Below are positions 1 to 11,004 of a stretch of 64,000 nt of DNA, one piece after another. Below the pieces are notes generated by a model. It searched no databases, was not told the DNA's origin, and saw only the letters and a list, made by a program, of their open reading frames with translations. Both the position numbers and the translations under genes were made by a program. This stretch comes from Eledone cirrhosa (taxonomy: Eukaryota), in contig OZ024748.1 in NCBI GenBank assembly GCA_964016885.1, positions 46,624,001-46,688,000 on the forward strand, read 5' to 3'. How positions within the stretch are numbered: the first letter of the stretch is position 1; every line of letters starts with the position of its first letter.

Positions 1-152
1 ATTGTTAGCCAATAAAAATCTTTTGATGTTGTAGACGCTCTTGTGTTCTTTTTCATATATACGGCTTTGCTCCAAAGCATAGAGCTAATTATTATGCTGC
101 CAATACCTTAACGGGACACGGGTATATAATACCTAACTCCTACTAACCTAAG

Positions 153-162
153 TATATAGATA

Positions 163-218
<56 letters not shown>
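153..218. repeat. (TA)n microsatellite
   Basis: Near-pure TA run; further (TA)n tracts at ~369-427, 765-788, 1187-1240, 1587-1697, 4125-4314, 6267-6320, 7734-7800. Confidence 0.95.
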
Positions 219-220
<2 letters not shown>

Positions 221-366
221 CATGCCACTTGTGTGTGTATTTATATATATTTTTTATGTACATATGTGAATGTGTGTATGTACGTGCAAGTAAGTGTGTA
301 GTGTGAACTGCAAACTCTAGCACCTAATGCAGTGAAGAGGTTTGGTGAAGGAATATAATAATATGT

Positions 367-426
<60 letters not shown>

Positions 427-754
427 AATAATACAAATAGTGAAAAACAATGAAATTAAACAAAATACGGGATTCATAGTAAAACACATTATTTTACGAT
501 CGTTTCTGGGGGGTAGTTATCCCTATGTTCATTCTATTAGTGATATATGTAAAATATATTACAAATTATCAAAGTTGATCACTAATAGAATGAACATACT
601 GAGAACTATGTATTACTTGTATTATTTTGACTCTGCTTCTAATGAATTATATCGCTGACATTTTGTATTTTAAACTTTGCTTCACGACATCTACATATGG
701 ATTACATTGAGTTCTCATACCGCTTGGACCCTACCATTAATTGGTGGATTTATC

Positions 755-789
<35 letters not shown>

Positions 790-796
790 ATAATAT

Positions 797-985
797 TAAT
801 TGTTTCTACTTTAGGCACAAGGCCAGCAATTACCCAGTGCATTACTGGTACTTTATTTTATCGACCCCGTAAGGATGAAAGGCAAAGTCAACCTCGGCGG
901 GATTTGAACTCAGATCGTAAAGGGACGTAACTATGCTGGAAAGCATGGCGTCAAACCCTCTACCGATACTGCCAATCCACCACCC
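797..985 (-). mobile_element. tRNA-derived SINE (short subfamily), full length
   Basis: Reverse complement of the 6081-6268 copy: A-box-like TGGCAGTATCGG, B box GAGTTCAAATCC, body GCCTTTCATCCTTACGGGGTCGATAAAATAAAGTACCAG, AT-rich tail. Confidence 0.9.
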
Positions 986-1185
986 TCTGGAAAAGGGAAA
1001 CTATATTTATAAAACCATATTTATTCTATTATATATATTTATTCTATTATATATATTTCAAGGGTACCAACACTTTGGTACGCCCTCATCAGATAAAATA
1101 CAAAATTTGTTTTATAAGTATAGTGACATACCCAGGAATCATACCTTAACAGTTCAGGTTCCGTTTGGATTAAATATCACTTTGG

Positions 1186-1241
<56 letters not shown>

Positions 1242-1583
1242 CAAATAAGAAAAAGTTTCAAAATAAATTTCAAAAAATTCACTGTACTTACTATGGTTAC
1301 CTTTACCGTATCGGTTTCGAGTCTCAAAAATAAATGGATAGGCCTTGCGGGCTTCCATTCAAAAGATAAACTCTCGTCAGAAGGTTCTATTCACTCGGAG
1401 AATATCAAATTCCCGAGTTCAAATTACGAACTGGCGCTATTCAAAATTGTTCCCGAGATGAGAATGAATGATGTGGAAGCAATTCTGTCCAGTGCCGTGT
1501 GCAAAGATAGAAGGTAGAGGCAGGGAGGTCAATCTACTACCACTATAAAGAGCAGCAGTCAAAACGACCAATTTTCATCTCGA

Positions 1584-1701
<118 letters not shown>

Positions 1702-1794
1702 GATCAAAAACAGAGGATGAGAATGAGGGAGAAAAAGAGGAGGAAGGGTCTGAAGGGGAAGGGGGAGAAGAAAAAGAAAAGGAAGACTAAGGTT

Positions 1795-3150
1795 GCGATG
1801 GGATTCATCATGGTAATTGTAGTGACGATGTTTGTGCTGATAATGATGATGACGGTGAAGGTGGAGATGATATTGATGATGATGGTGATGGTGATGATGG
1901 GGGTAGTGGTGACGATGGTGGTGATGGTATTAGTGGTGATGGTGGTAGTGGTGATGGTGGTAGTGGTGATGGTGGTAGTGGTGACGATGGTGATAGTGGT
2001 GACGATGGTAGTGGTGGTGATGGTGGTAGTGGCGATGGTGGTAGTGGAGATGGTGGTAGTGGTGATGGTGGTAGTGGCGATGGTGGTAGTGGAGATGGTG
2101 GTAGTAGTGATGGTGGTGATGGTATTAGTGGTGATGGGGGTAGTGGTGATGGTGGTAGTGGCGATGGTGGTAGTGGAGATGGTGGTAGTGGTGATGGTGG
2201 TAGTGGAGATGGTGGTAGTGGAGATGGTGGTAGTGGTGATGGTGGTAGTGGCGATGGTGGTAGTGGAGATGGTGGTAGTGGTGATGGTGGTAGTGGAGAT
2301 GGTGGTAGTGGAGATGGTGGTAGTGGTGATGGTGGTAGTGGAGATGGTGGTAGTGGCGATGGTGGTAGTGGAGATGGTGGTAGTGGAGATGGTGGTAGTG
2401 GAGATGGTGGTAGTGGTGATGGTGGTAGTGGTGATGGTGGTAGTGGCGATGGTGGTAGTGGTGATAATGGTAGTGGTGGTGATGGTGGTAGTAGTGATGG
2501 TGGTAGTGGTGACGATGGTGATAGTGGCGATGGTGGTAGTGGTGATGGTGGTAGTGGAGATGGTGGTAGTGGAGATGGTGGTAGTGGTGATGGTGGTAGT
2601 GGTGACGATGGTGATAGTGGCGATGGTGGTAGTGGTGATGGTGGTAGTGGAGATGGTGGTAGTGGAGATGGTGGTAGTAGTGATGATGGTAGTGGCGATG
2701 GTATTAGTGGTGATGGTGGTAGTGGTGATGGTGGTAGTGGTGATGGTGGTAGTGGTGATGGTGGTAGTGGTGATGGTGGTAGTAGTGATGATGGTGGTGA
2801 TGATGGTAGTGATGATGGTAGTGATAGTGATGATGGTGGTAGTGGAGGTGGTAGTAGTGGTGATGATGGTAGTGGCGATGATGGTAGTGGTGATGGTGGT
2901 AGTGGAGATGGTGGTAGTGGTGATGGTGGTAGTGGTGATGATGGTGGTGATGATGATGGTAGTGATGATGGTGGTAGTGGTGATGATGGTGATAGTGATG
3001 ATGGTGGTAGTGGTGATGATGGTGGTAGTGGCGATGGTGGTAGTGGAGATGGTGGTAGTGGTGATGATGGTGGTGGTGATGATGGTGGTGATAGTGATGG
3101 TGGTAGTGACGATAGTGGTGGTGATGATGGTGACGATGATGCTGATGAAG
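1795..3150. repeat. GGT/GAT/AGT-derived minisatellite, core 15-bp unit GATGGTGGTAGTGG(T/A/C)
   Basis: Regular 15-bp period in ~1930-2780, degenerating at both ends; source of the poly-Thr/Ile and poly-Val/Met ORFs. Confidence 0.92.
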
Positions 3151-3290
3151 AAATAATCAGTCAATGAATCTGGTCGGCACCAGAGCTTTGTGAAGAATCG
3201 TATTTCTTCTCTGGTTCGCAACCAATGACAACAGCCTTAACTACCATCGTATGAGTGTGTGTATGAAATGTAACACTAGAGGAGAGGAGT

Positions 3291-3309
3291 AGAGAGAGAG
3301 AGATAGGCG

Positions 3310-3369
<60 letters not shown>

Positions 3370-3372
3370 GCG

Positions 3373-3446
<74 letters not shown>

Positions 3447-3455
3447 GCGAGAGAG

Positions 3456-3527
<72 letters not shown>

Positions 3528-3564
3528 GCGAGAGAGATTTATAGATAGATAGATAGATAGGTAG

Positions 3565-3634
<70 letters not shown>

Positions 3635-3790
3635 CGACCTAGAGAGAGAGTAAGAATGTGCGAGTGAGACAAATAGACATAATGAAAGATAGAGACTCAG
3701 AGAAAGAGGAGGGGGAGGGGAGGGGGCGACAGAGAGAGAGAGAGAGAGAGATGGTGAAATAGAAGAGAGATAGAAAGAGAGAGGAAATGT
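3291..3790. repeat. Compound (GA)n/(GATA)n microsatellite
   Basis: GA runs punctuated by a recurring GGCGAGCGA motif (4 times), then GATA repeats. Confidence 0.93.
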
Positions 3791-3847
3791 GGGAGAGAGA
3801 AAGTACATGTCCTCTCATTCACTTTTGTATATGCACATATATATATA

Positions 3848-3860
3848 TGTGTGTGTATGT

Positions 3861-3922
<62 letters not shown>
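3848..3922. repeat. (TG)n microsatellite
   Basis: Direct reading. Confidence 0.95.
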
Positions 3923-3924
<2 letters not shown>

Positions 3925-4122
3925 ATAGACAGGCATATGTCTTCGATGAACTAATAACTAATCAATCAGCTACATGTTAAACACGCAATAGATTTCATTA
4001 ACAGACACGCATTTTGGAAATAAAATACATCAGCAGCAGCAGCAAGAGTAAAAACAACAAAACCTGCAACATGATGGTGTTCATGCGTATGCTTCTCTAT
4101 CTTTATGTACTTGTATATGTGC

Positions 4123-4179
<57 letters not shown>

Positions 4180-4195
4180 TATATATATATATATA

Positions 4196-4314
<119 letters not shown>

Positions 4315-4935
4315 GGTCAGGTCACCAGTTGGTGCTACTGGTAACATGTATCCCAGTACAACCTGTCTCATGGTCGGGTCGTTGGCGACTAAACTGGCAA
4401 CCCCACCAAGGTTTCTTGGTGAGGAGGGTGACTTTGGACATCCTGCAGGAGTAAAAACAAAACCTGTCAAAGGGCAAAGGAGCTCTTAAGAGTCAATGGC
4501 CATCCAAAATCACCGGGAGAGATGACCCCTTAGCCTTTGTCAAGGCTGAATTCTAGGAGAAGGAAAACTCTGATATAACACCTGCAACCCTGATGGTATC
4601 CAATGATGTTGATTTGTTCTTCTTTTTGGTAAATATCATCTTCGTTAAGAGAGTGGGACTGGCTTTGTACAGTGCCTTTGCTCACTATAAAAGCTTCACG
4701 GCACAGGCATTGCTTTATATCTGGAGATCTCTCTGCACTTGTCGTCACATGGTACCATGGGCCCAGCACTATGTGTCAATAATTGTCACAAGTGTAGTGT
4801 TTGTACCAGAGTTTTCAAGTCGCTGGCTGGACTAAAAAGTCACACTCGTTCAGCGCATCAGTAGGGGTTCTCCTACATGGATATAAAGTAGTGGCCGTAC
4901 TCGAAAACGAGTTGGCAGCCACCATGTATGTATAT
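4315..4935 (+). mobile_element. Non-autonomous, internally deleted RTE-clade LINE derivative
   Basis: ~620 bp embedded in (TA)n. 4787-4864 translates HKCSVCTRVFKSLAGLKSHTRSAHQ*, a CxxC..SxxGLxSHxR zinc-finger motif typical of the C-terminus of RTE-clade ORFs, followed by a short 3' UTR and an (ATGT)n tail. No RT or endonuclease ORF is present. Confidence 0.65.
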
Positions 4936-5188
4936 ATATATACGAAATGAATTCAAAATACATTTCGTTTTCCTCAAGACTCTTCAGGTGTTGCTTACCT
5001 TAATAGTATAAACTGCTGAATTTAAGAATATATTTTATTTCTAAAAATGTAAACACTATATTCCTAACGTGACTAATTTCTATAGACCCATATTTAACAC
5101 CAAATTTACAAAGAAATCTCTGTTATTGCAGACGTAAGACCCTAGTCATCAAAATCATAATTTTAGTGTTTGGTGATGATGCTTTTTG

Positions 5189-5244
5189 TCTAGTATTTAC
5201 CATTACTGATCAACACATTGGATCAGTATTGGTAAATATCTAGA
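5189..5244. other. Near-perfect stem-loop, pre-miRNA-sized
   Basis: TCTAGTATTTACCATTACTGATC / 9-nt loop AACACATTG / GATCAGTATTGGTAAATATCTAGA; ~23 bp stem with one mismatch and one bulge. Confidence 0.55.
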
Positions 5245-5774
5245 GAAACTTGCTTTCCTTGATCTTCACTGAAAATTCGTCTGCTTACCTTTTCATTCCA
5301 TTTGTAATAAACTTTTATTTATCATCACTGTGAAATATATTCTGTAGATAAACCAGAGTAGCCTCGGAAGTTCAAAGTGAGGCTTAATTTGATTAATTTC
5401 GGGATTCATAAGCCTCATCAGCAATTGATTACTCAGCCTTTCAACTTTTGATGTTATCAAACAGGTTATTACAACCAGTATATATCCTTACATAATTATA
5501 TTTTCTCAGATATACTAATATTGTTACATTTATCAAACATATTGTGGTGTCTGTTCCGTGCGTACTTAAGTACTATGTTCTGTATACAAACAGAATCCCA
5601 TTATGCATCAAGAACTACATTTGAAGTATGGTTTCTCCTGGCTTACCACTTTTGTCTCTCCTATTTCTCTCTGTACATCGATATATATTTGTGCATGTTC
5701 GAATGTGTGAGTATATATATATATAGAGGACGAATTCCCTTTGTCTGGTTCGTTAAACATACTAATATATATAC

Positions 5775-6024
5775 AAATATAATTTCAGCGAGATCGTATT
5801 TCGGCTGAGGTCAAAAACAAAGCGAAACGCAATTTTCGAGATATGCGGCAAGCGCTCAATGGACTAAAAGAAGACCAGAGCAATTAACATACGTTATAGA
5901 GGCCAGACAAACTGAAAACGGTGGTCATGAAGCTATCAGCCACCGGAGCCAAAAAAACGAAGCAAGCTAAACAGGTTAACAAAAGAATTCACCTGGACCT
6001 CCTGGAAATTGATGGTATAATCCA
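5775..6024 (+). repeat. Unclassified ~250 bp interspersed repeat, copy 1
   Basis: Collinear, diverged match to 7801-8050 (ATAATTTCAGCGAGATCGTATTTCGGCTG ... ACAAACTGAAAA ... CAAGCTAAAC ... CCTGGACC ... TGATGGTA.AATCCA). Confidence 0.75.
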
Positions 6025-6080
6025 GTGGGATACACACGCACACACATACACACACACACACATTATATATATATATATTA

Positions 6081-6263
6081 GGCGGTGGATTGGCAGTATC
6101 GGTAGAGGGTCGGACGCCATGCTTTCCAGCTTAGTTACGTCCCTTTACGATCTGAGTTCAAATCCAGCCGAGGTTGACTTTGCCTTTCATCCTTACGGGG
6201 TCGATAAAATAAAGTACCAGTAATGTACTGGGTAATTGCTGCCCTTGTGCCAAAAGTAGAAAC

Positions 6264-6268
<5 letters not shown>
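6081..6268 (+). mobile_element. tRNA-derived SINE (short subfamily), full length
   Basis: GGCGGTGGATTGGCAGTATCGG head, B box GAGTTCAAATCC, conserved body, ends GTAGAAACAATTA within (TA)n; 8 related copies in the window. Confidence 0.92.
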
Positions 6269-6318
<50 letters not shown>

Positions 6319-6402
6319 TAGGACGAATTCTATTTGTCTGGTTCGTTAAAAATACTAATATGTATATATATATATATAATATATTTATATATATATATAA
6401 AT

Positions 6403-6629
6403 ATATAATTGAATATATGAGAGAGATGAACGCAAATATAAGTATACTTGTGTTTCAATTGAAAAGGACCGAGTTAACTAGGTTGAAAAAAATACTAACT
6501 TAATAGAATATGGTTTGCCTGACTCGATTTAAAGTAGTATTTTTGTCAACCTAGTTAACTTGGTCCTTTACAATTGGAACACATGTATACTTATATCTGT
6601 GTTCCTCTCTCTTATATATTCAATTATAT
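6403..6629. mobile_element. Fold-back (palindromic) MITE-like element
   Basis: ~95 bp arms (6403-6497 and 6535-6629) are reverse complements with few mismatches, e.g. AAAGGACCGAGTTAACTAGGTTGA vs TCAACCTAGTTAACTTGGTCCTTT; ~37 bp spacer. Confidence 0.8.
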
Positions 6630-6709
6630 TGTCACACGACGCGGAAAAAATCCTTTCTTTGAGCTATTTAATTGTAAAAGTCTATTTTGAGTTTCTAACT
6701 CAATGTATC

Positions 6710-6742
<33 letters not shown>

Positions 6743-6745
6743 AAT

Positions 6746-7405
6746 GAAAATTTCGCTCTACATGACTGAATACAATAAATGTAATCTGAGTTTTTCTAAT
6801 ATTAATAATTGTTTCTACTTTAGGCACAAGGCCAGCAATTACCCAGTACATTACTGGTACTTTATTTTATCGACCCCGTAAGGATGAAAGGCAAAGTTAA
6901 CCTCGGCAGGATTTGAACTCAAATTATAAAGGGACGTAACTATGCTGGAAAGCATGGCGTCCGACCCTCTACCGATACTGCCAATTCACCGCCATTTTCT
7001 AATATTAATAATAACATTCGATTCGTTTGCAATTATGCAAACAAGCCTCAATTGTATAGCCATGTCAGTAGAATGAACACTTCATTCTTGCTTTTGTGTT
7101 GGCATGTGAACAGGACTGCAGACACTAATGTTTCTGGCTATCACCCTTCATCAGTACAGCTCACTGTTCACCTACCAAGCTGTCAGAGCTAGTGAAATAT
7201 ATATGCTATTTTCAAAAATACAGTGACTGATCGGTCTGATTTGCATATTAGCAGACTGGCTGATCAGTCAGATCTGCATATTCTACTGATTTGGCTATAC
7301 AATTAAAGCTTGTTTGCAAAATTGCAAACGAATCGAACGTTATTATTAATATTCAAAAACCTCAGATTACATTTATTGTATTCAGCCATGTAGAGCGAAA
7401 TTTTC
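6746..7405. mobile_element. MITE-like element with ~114 bp terminal inverted repeats, left TIR interrupted by a SINE
   Basis: Left GAAAATTTCGCTCTACATGACTGAATACAATAAATGTAATCTGAG...GTATAGCCA (6746-7062 minus the SINE) is the reverse complement of 7292-7405. Confidence 0.8.
6810..6993 (-). mobile_element. tRNA-derived SINE (short subfamily) with 18-bp target site duplication
   Basis: Same family; TTTTCTAATATTAATAAT flanks it at 6792-6809 and 6995-7012. Confidence 0.93.
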
Positions 7406-7455
7406 TTTTTTATTTGAATTTGGCAAACCGGCCATTTATCGCTCGTATACAGGAA

Positions 7456-7730
7456 ACTGACTGGCCAGTCTGCTGATATGCAAATCTGCCTGATCAGTCA
7501 CTGTGTATTTTTGAAAATAGCATACATTTTCACTAGCTCTGACAGTTTGGCAGGTGAACAGTCAGCTGTACTGACGAAGAGTGAATACCCAGAAACACTA
7601 GTGTCTGCAGTTCTGTTCGCACGCCAACACAAGAGCAAGAATGAAGCGTTTATTCTACTGACATGGCTATACAATTGAGGCTTTTTTGCATAATTGCAAA
7701 CGAATCGAATGTTATTGTTAATATTCGAAA

Positions 7731-7733
<3 letters not shown>
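7456..7733 (-). mobile_element. Partial inverted second copy of the 6746-7405 element
   Basis: Reverse complement of ~6995-7268 with scattered substitutions; lacks the SINE insertion. Confidence 0.8.
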
Positions 7734-7800
<67 letters not shown>

Positions 7801-7805
<5 letters not shown>

Positions 7806-8050
7806 TAATTCAGCGAGAATCGTATTTCGGCTGGTAGAAAAAGCGAAACGAAACGCAAAATCGTAGAAATGCTGGAAAGCGCTCAATAGTTAAAAAACCA
7901 GAGCTAAACAATATGTTAAAACGCCATACAAACTGAAAAAGTGGTTAAGAAGGCATTAACCACCTAAGCCAAAAAACAAATCAAGCTAAACCGGTCAAAC
8001 AAAATAAATGATAAAAACCTGGACCCAAATGGAACTGATGGTAAAATCCA
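7801..8050 (+). repeat. Unclassified ~250 bp interspersed repeat, copy 2
   Basis: Matches 5775-6024; starts directly after a (TA)n tract. Confidence 0.75.
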
Positions 8051-8210
8051 AATGCAGGGTTTCTATGACACATAAATCAATAATACTGTCTGCTTAAAAC
8101 TATAAGCTTTCAGCATAAAGATCGAACAAGGAATATCACGTTATCAACAGGTAATTCTTTCTGCTCTGTAACCAACTTTGCGAGTGACGCCAAACATAGT
8201 AAACGCACAT

Positions 8211-8371
8211 GGCCAGCAATTACCCAGTGCATTACTGGTACTTTATTTTATCGATCACGTAAGGATGAAAGGCAAAGTTATCCTGGGCAGGATTTGAACT
8301 CAGAATGGCAAGGGCCGGAACTCTATGCGTCAAAGCATGGCATCCAACCCTCTACCGATACTGCCAATCCA
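8211..8371 (-). mobile_element. tRNA-derived SINE, diverged, tail-truncated
   Basis: GGCCAGCAATTACCCAGTGCATTACTGGTAC...GGATTTGAACTCAG...CTACCGATACTGCCAATCC. Confidence 0.88.
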
Positions 8372-8609
8372 TGGCATTGGTTTTGTATTTTTGATATAAG
8401 TACAGTATGCTGTACTGGTAACGAATGACATAGCTGACAATGTTACCAAGTTGAAATGATGTTGGCGATGTTGTTGTTGTTGTTGTTTGCAGATGGTGCG
8501 GGGGGGGGTTGCTGACGTCAGTGGTGATAGAAGGGCCGGTACTGGTCCTGGTGGTGCGTGTGGTAGTTTTGCTGATAGGAGTATGGTGTCGACGGAACTG
8601 ATGATGGTG

Positions 8610-9985
8610 TAGGTGTTGTTGTTGGTAGTGTTGCTGATGGTAGTGTTGTTGTTGGTAGTGTTGTTGTTGGTAGTGTTGTTGTTGGTAGTACTGTAGTGGT
8701 GTTGTTGTTGGCAGTGTTACTGGTGGTAGTACTGTAGTGGTGTTGTTGTTGGCAGTGTTGTTGTTGGTAGTACTGCAGTGGTGTTGTTTTTGGTAGTGTT
8801 GTTGGTAGTGTTACTGATGGTAGTGTTACTGATGGTAGTACTGTAGTGGTGTTGTTGCTGGTAGTGTTACTGGTGGTAGTACTGTAGTGGTGTTGTTGTT
8901 GGTAGTGTTACTGATGGTAGTACTGTAGTGGTGTTGTTGTTGGTAGTGTTACTGATGGTAGTGTTACTGATGGTAGTACTGTAGTGGTGTTGTTGTTAGT
9001 AGTGTTGTTGTTGGCAGTGTTACTGATTGTAGTACTGTAGTGGTGTTGTTGTTGGCAGTGTTACTGATTGTAGTACTGTAGTGGTGTTGTTGTTGGTAGT
9101 GTTACTGATTGTAGTACTGTAGTGGTGTTGTTGTTGGTAGTGTTACTGATGGTAGTGTTACTGATGGTAGTACTGTAGTGGTGTTGTTGTTAGTAGTGTT
9201 GTTGTTGGCAGTGTTACTGATTGTAGTACTGTAGTGGTGTTGTTGTTGGTAGTGTTACTGATGGTAGTGTTACTGATGGTAGTACTGTAGTGGTGTTGTT
9301 GCTGGTAGTGTTACTGATGGTAGTACTGTAGTGGTGTTGTTGTTGTTGGCAGTGTTACTGATTGTAGTACTGTAGTGGTGTTGTTGTTAGTAGTGTTGTT
9401 GTTGGCAGTGTTACTGATTGTAGTACTGTAGTGGTGTTGTTGTTGGCAGTGTTACTGATTGTAGTACTGTAGTGGTGTTGTTGTTGGTAGTGTTACTGAT
9501 TGTAGTACTGTAGTGGTGTTGTTGTTGGTAGTGTTACTGATGGTAGTGTTACTGATGGTAGTACTGTAGTGGTGTTGTTGTTAGTAGTGTTGTTGTTGGC
9601 AGTGTTACTGATTGTAGTACTGTAGTGGTGTTGTTGTTGGTAGTGTTACTGATTGTAGTACTGTAGTGGTGTTGTTGTTGGTAGTGTTACTGATGGTAGT
9701 GTTACTGATGGTAGTACTGTAGTGGTGTTGTTGTTAGTAGTGTTGTTGTTGGCAGTGTTACTGATTGTAGTACTGTAGTGGTGTTGTTGTTGGTAGTGTT
9801 ACTGATTGTAGTACTGTAGTGGTGTTGTTGGTAGTGTTACTGGTGGTAGTACTGTAGTGGTGTTGTTGTTGGTAGTGTTACTGATGGTAGTACTGTAGTG
9901 GTGTTGTTGTTAGTAGTGTTGTTGTTGGCAGTGTTACTGGTGGTAGTACTGTAGTGGTGTTGTTGTTGGTAGTGTTGTTACTGAT
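8610..9985. repeat. 41-bp minisatellite (TAGTACTGTAGTGGTGTTGTTGTTGG(T/C)AGTGTTACTGAT(T/G)G) with 56-bp variants
   Basis: GATTGTAGTAC recurs at 9025 and 9066 (41 bp); longer units carry an extra 15-bp sub-unit. Confidence 0.9.
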
Positions 9986-10034
9986 AGTAGTATGTTAGTG
10001 TTGTTGTTGTTGGTGGTGGTGGTGTTGGTTTGAT

Positions 10035-10560
10035 GGGGTTGTTGATAGCAATGATGGTGGTGGTGATGGGGGGGATGGTGGAGTTGCTGATAGCAATGAT
10101 GGTGGTGTTGGTGGACGTGGTGGTTGTGAAATGGTGGAGTTGCTGATAGCAATGATGGTGGTGGTGGTGGGTGATGGTGGGGCTGGTGGGGGTGGAATGG
10201 TGTAGTTGCAGATAGCAACGATGGTGGTGATGGTGGGGGTGGGGGTTGTGGAATGGTGGGGTTGCTGATAGCAATGATGGTAGTGATGGTGGTGATGGCG
10301 GTGGTGGTGGTTGTGGAATGGTGGGGTTGCTGATAGCAATAATGGTGGTGGTGGTGGGGTGGAATGGTGTAGTTGCTGATAGCAATGATGGTGGTGATGG
10401 TGGTAGTGGGGGTGGTGGTTGTGGAATGGTGGAGTTGCTGATAGCAATGATAGTGGTGGTGGTGATGGCGGTGGTGGTGGTGGTGGCGGTGGTGTGGGCT
10501 TGTTAGATAATGGTGGAGTTGCTGATAGCAATGATGGTGGTGGTGGCGTTGATGATGCTA
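10035..10560. repeat. Degenerate ~50-70 bp minisatellite with core GGAATGGTGG.GTTGCTGATAGCAATGATGG and variable (GGT)n linker
   Basis: GTTGCTGATAGCAAT-type core recurs about 9 times. Confidence 0.8.
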
Positions 10561-10617
10561 GTGTGATATTGTTGTTTTTCTTGTTAATGTCGTTGCCTGT
10601 TAGTCGTGGATATAGTA

Positions 10618-10864
10618 GTGGTGGTGGTGGTGGTGGTGGTGGTGGTGGTGGTGGTGTTGGTGTTGGTGTTGGTGTTGGTGGTGTCGGGGAAATGGGGCTG
10701 CTGCTGATATCAATGATGGTGGTGGTAGTGGTGGTAGTGGTGGTGTGATATTGTTGTTGCTGTTAGTTGTGGATATAGGCGTGTTCGTGTTAGTGGTGGT
10801 GGTGGTGGTGGTGGTGGTGGTGGTGGTGGTGGTGGTGGTGGTGGTGGTGGTGGTGGTGGTGGTG
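10618..10864. repeat. (GGT)n microsatellites
   Basis: Pure GGT runs at ~10618-10655 and ~10793-10864. Confidence 0.9.
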
Positions 10865-11004
10865 AAATGGCCGAGGTGCTCATATCACTGATGGCGGTGG
10901 TGGCGTTCTTGATGGCAGTGGTGGTGCTAATACTATTGCTGCTAACGGTTGTGATGTTGAGGCTGGAGTGAAAGTGGTGGTGGTGATGGTGGTTGCGATG
11001 GTAG

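Noticed and set aside
1704-3221. Mucin-like poly-Thr (minus) and poly-Val/Met (plus) ORFs
   Set aside because: Both strands are open because trinucleotide-derived repeats lack stops; no unique domain or splice support.
4787-4864. Host C2H2 zinc-finger gene
   Set aside because: Single finger with no TGEKP linker, followed by a stop, short UTR and microsatellite tail; fits a LINE 3' end better.
6081-6175. Functional tRNA genes at SINE heads (also 25104-25320)
   Set aside because: A/B boxes are present but no convincing cloverleaf, and each continues into a SINE body or another head.
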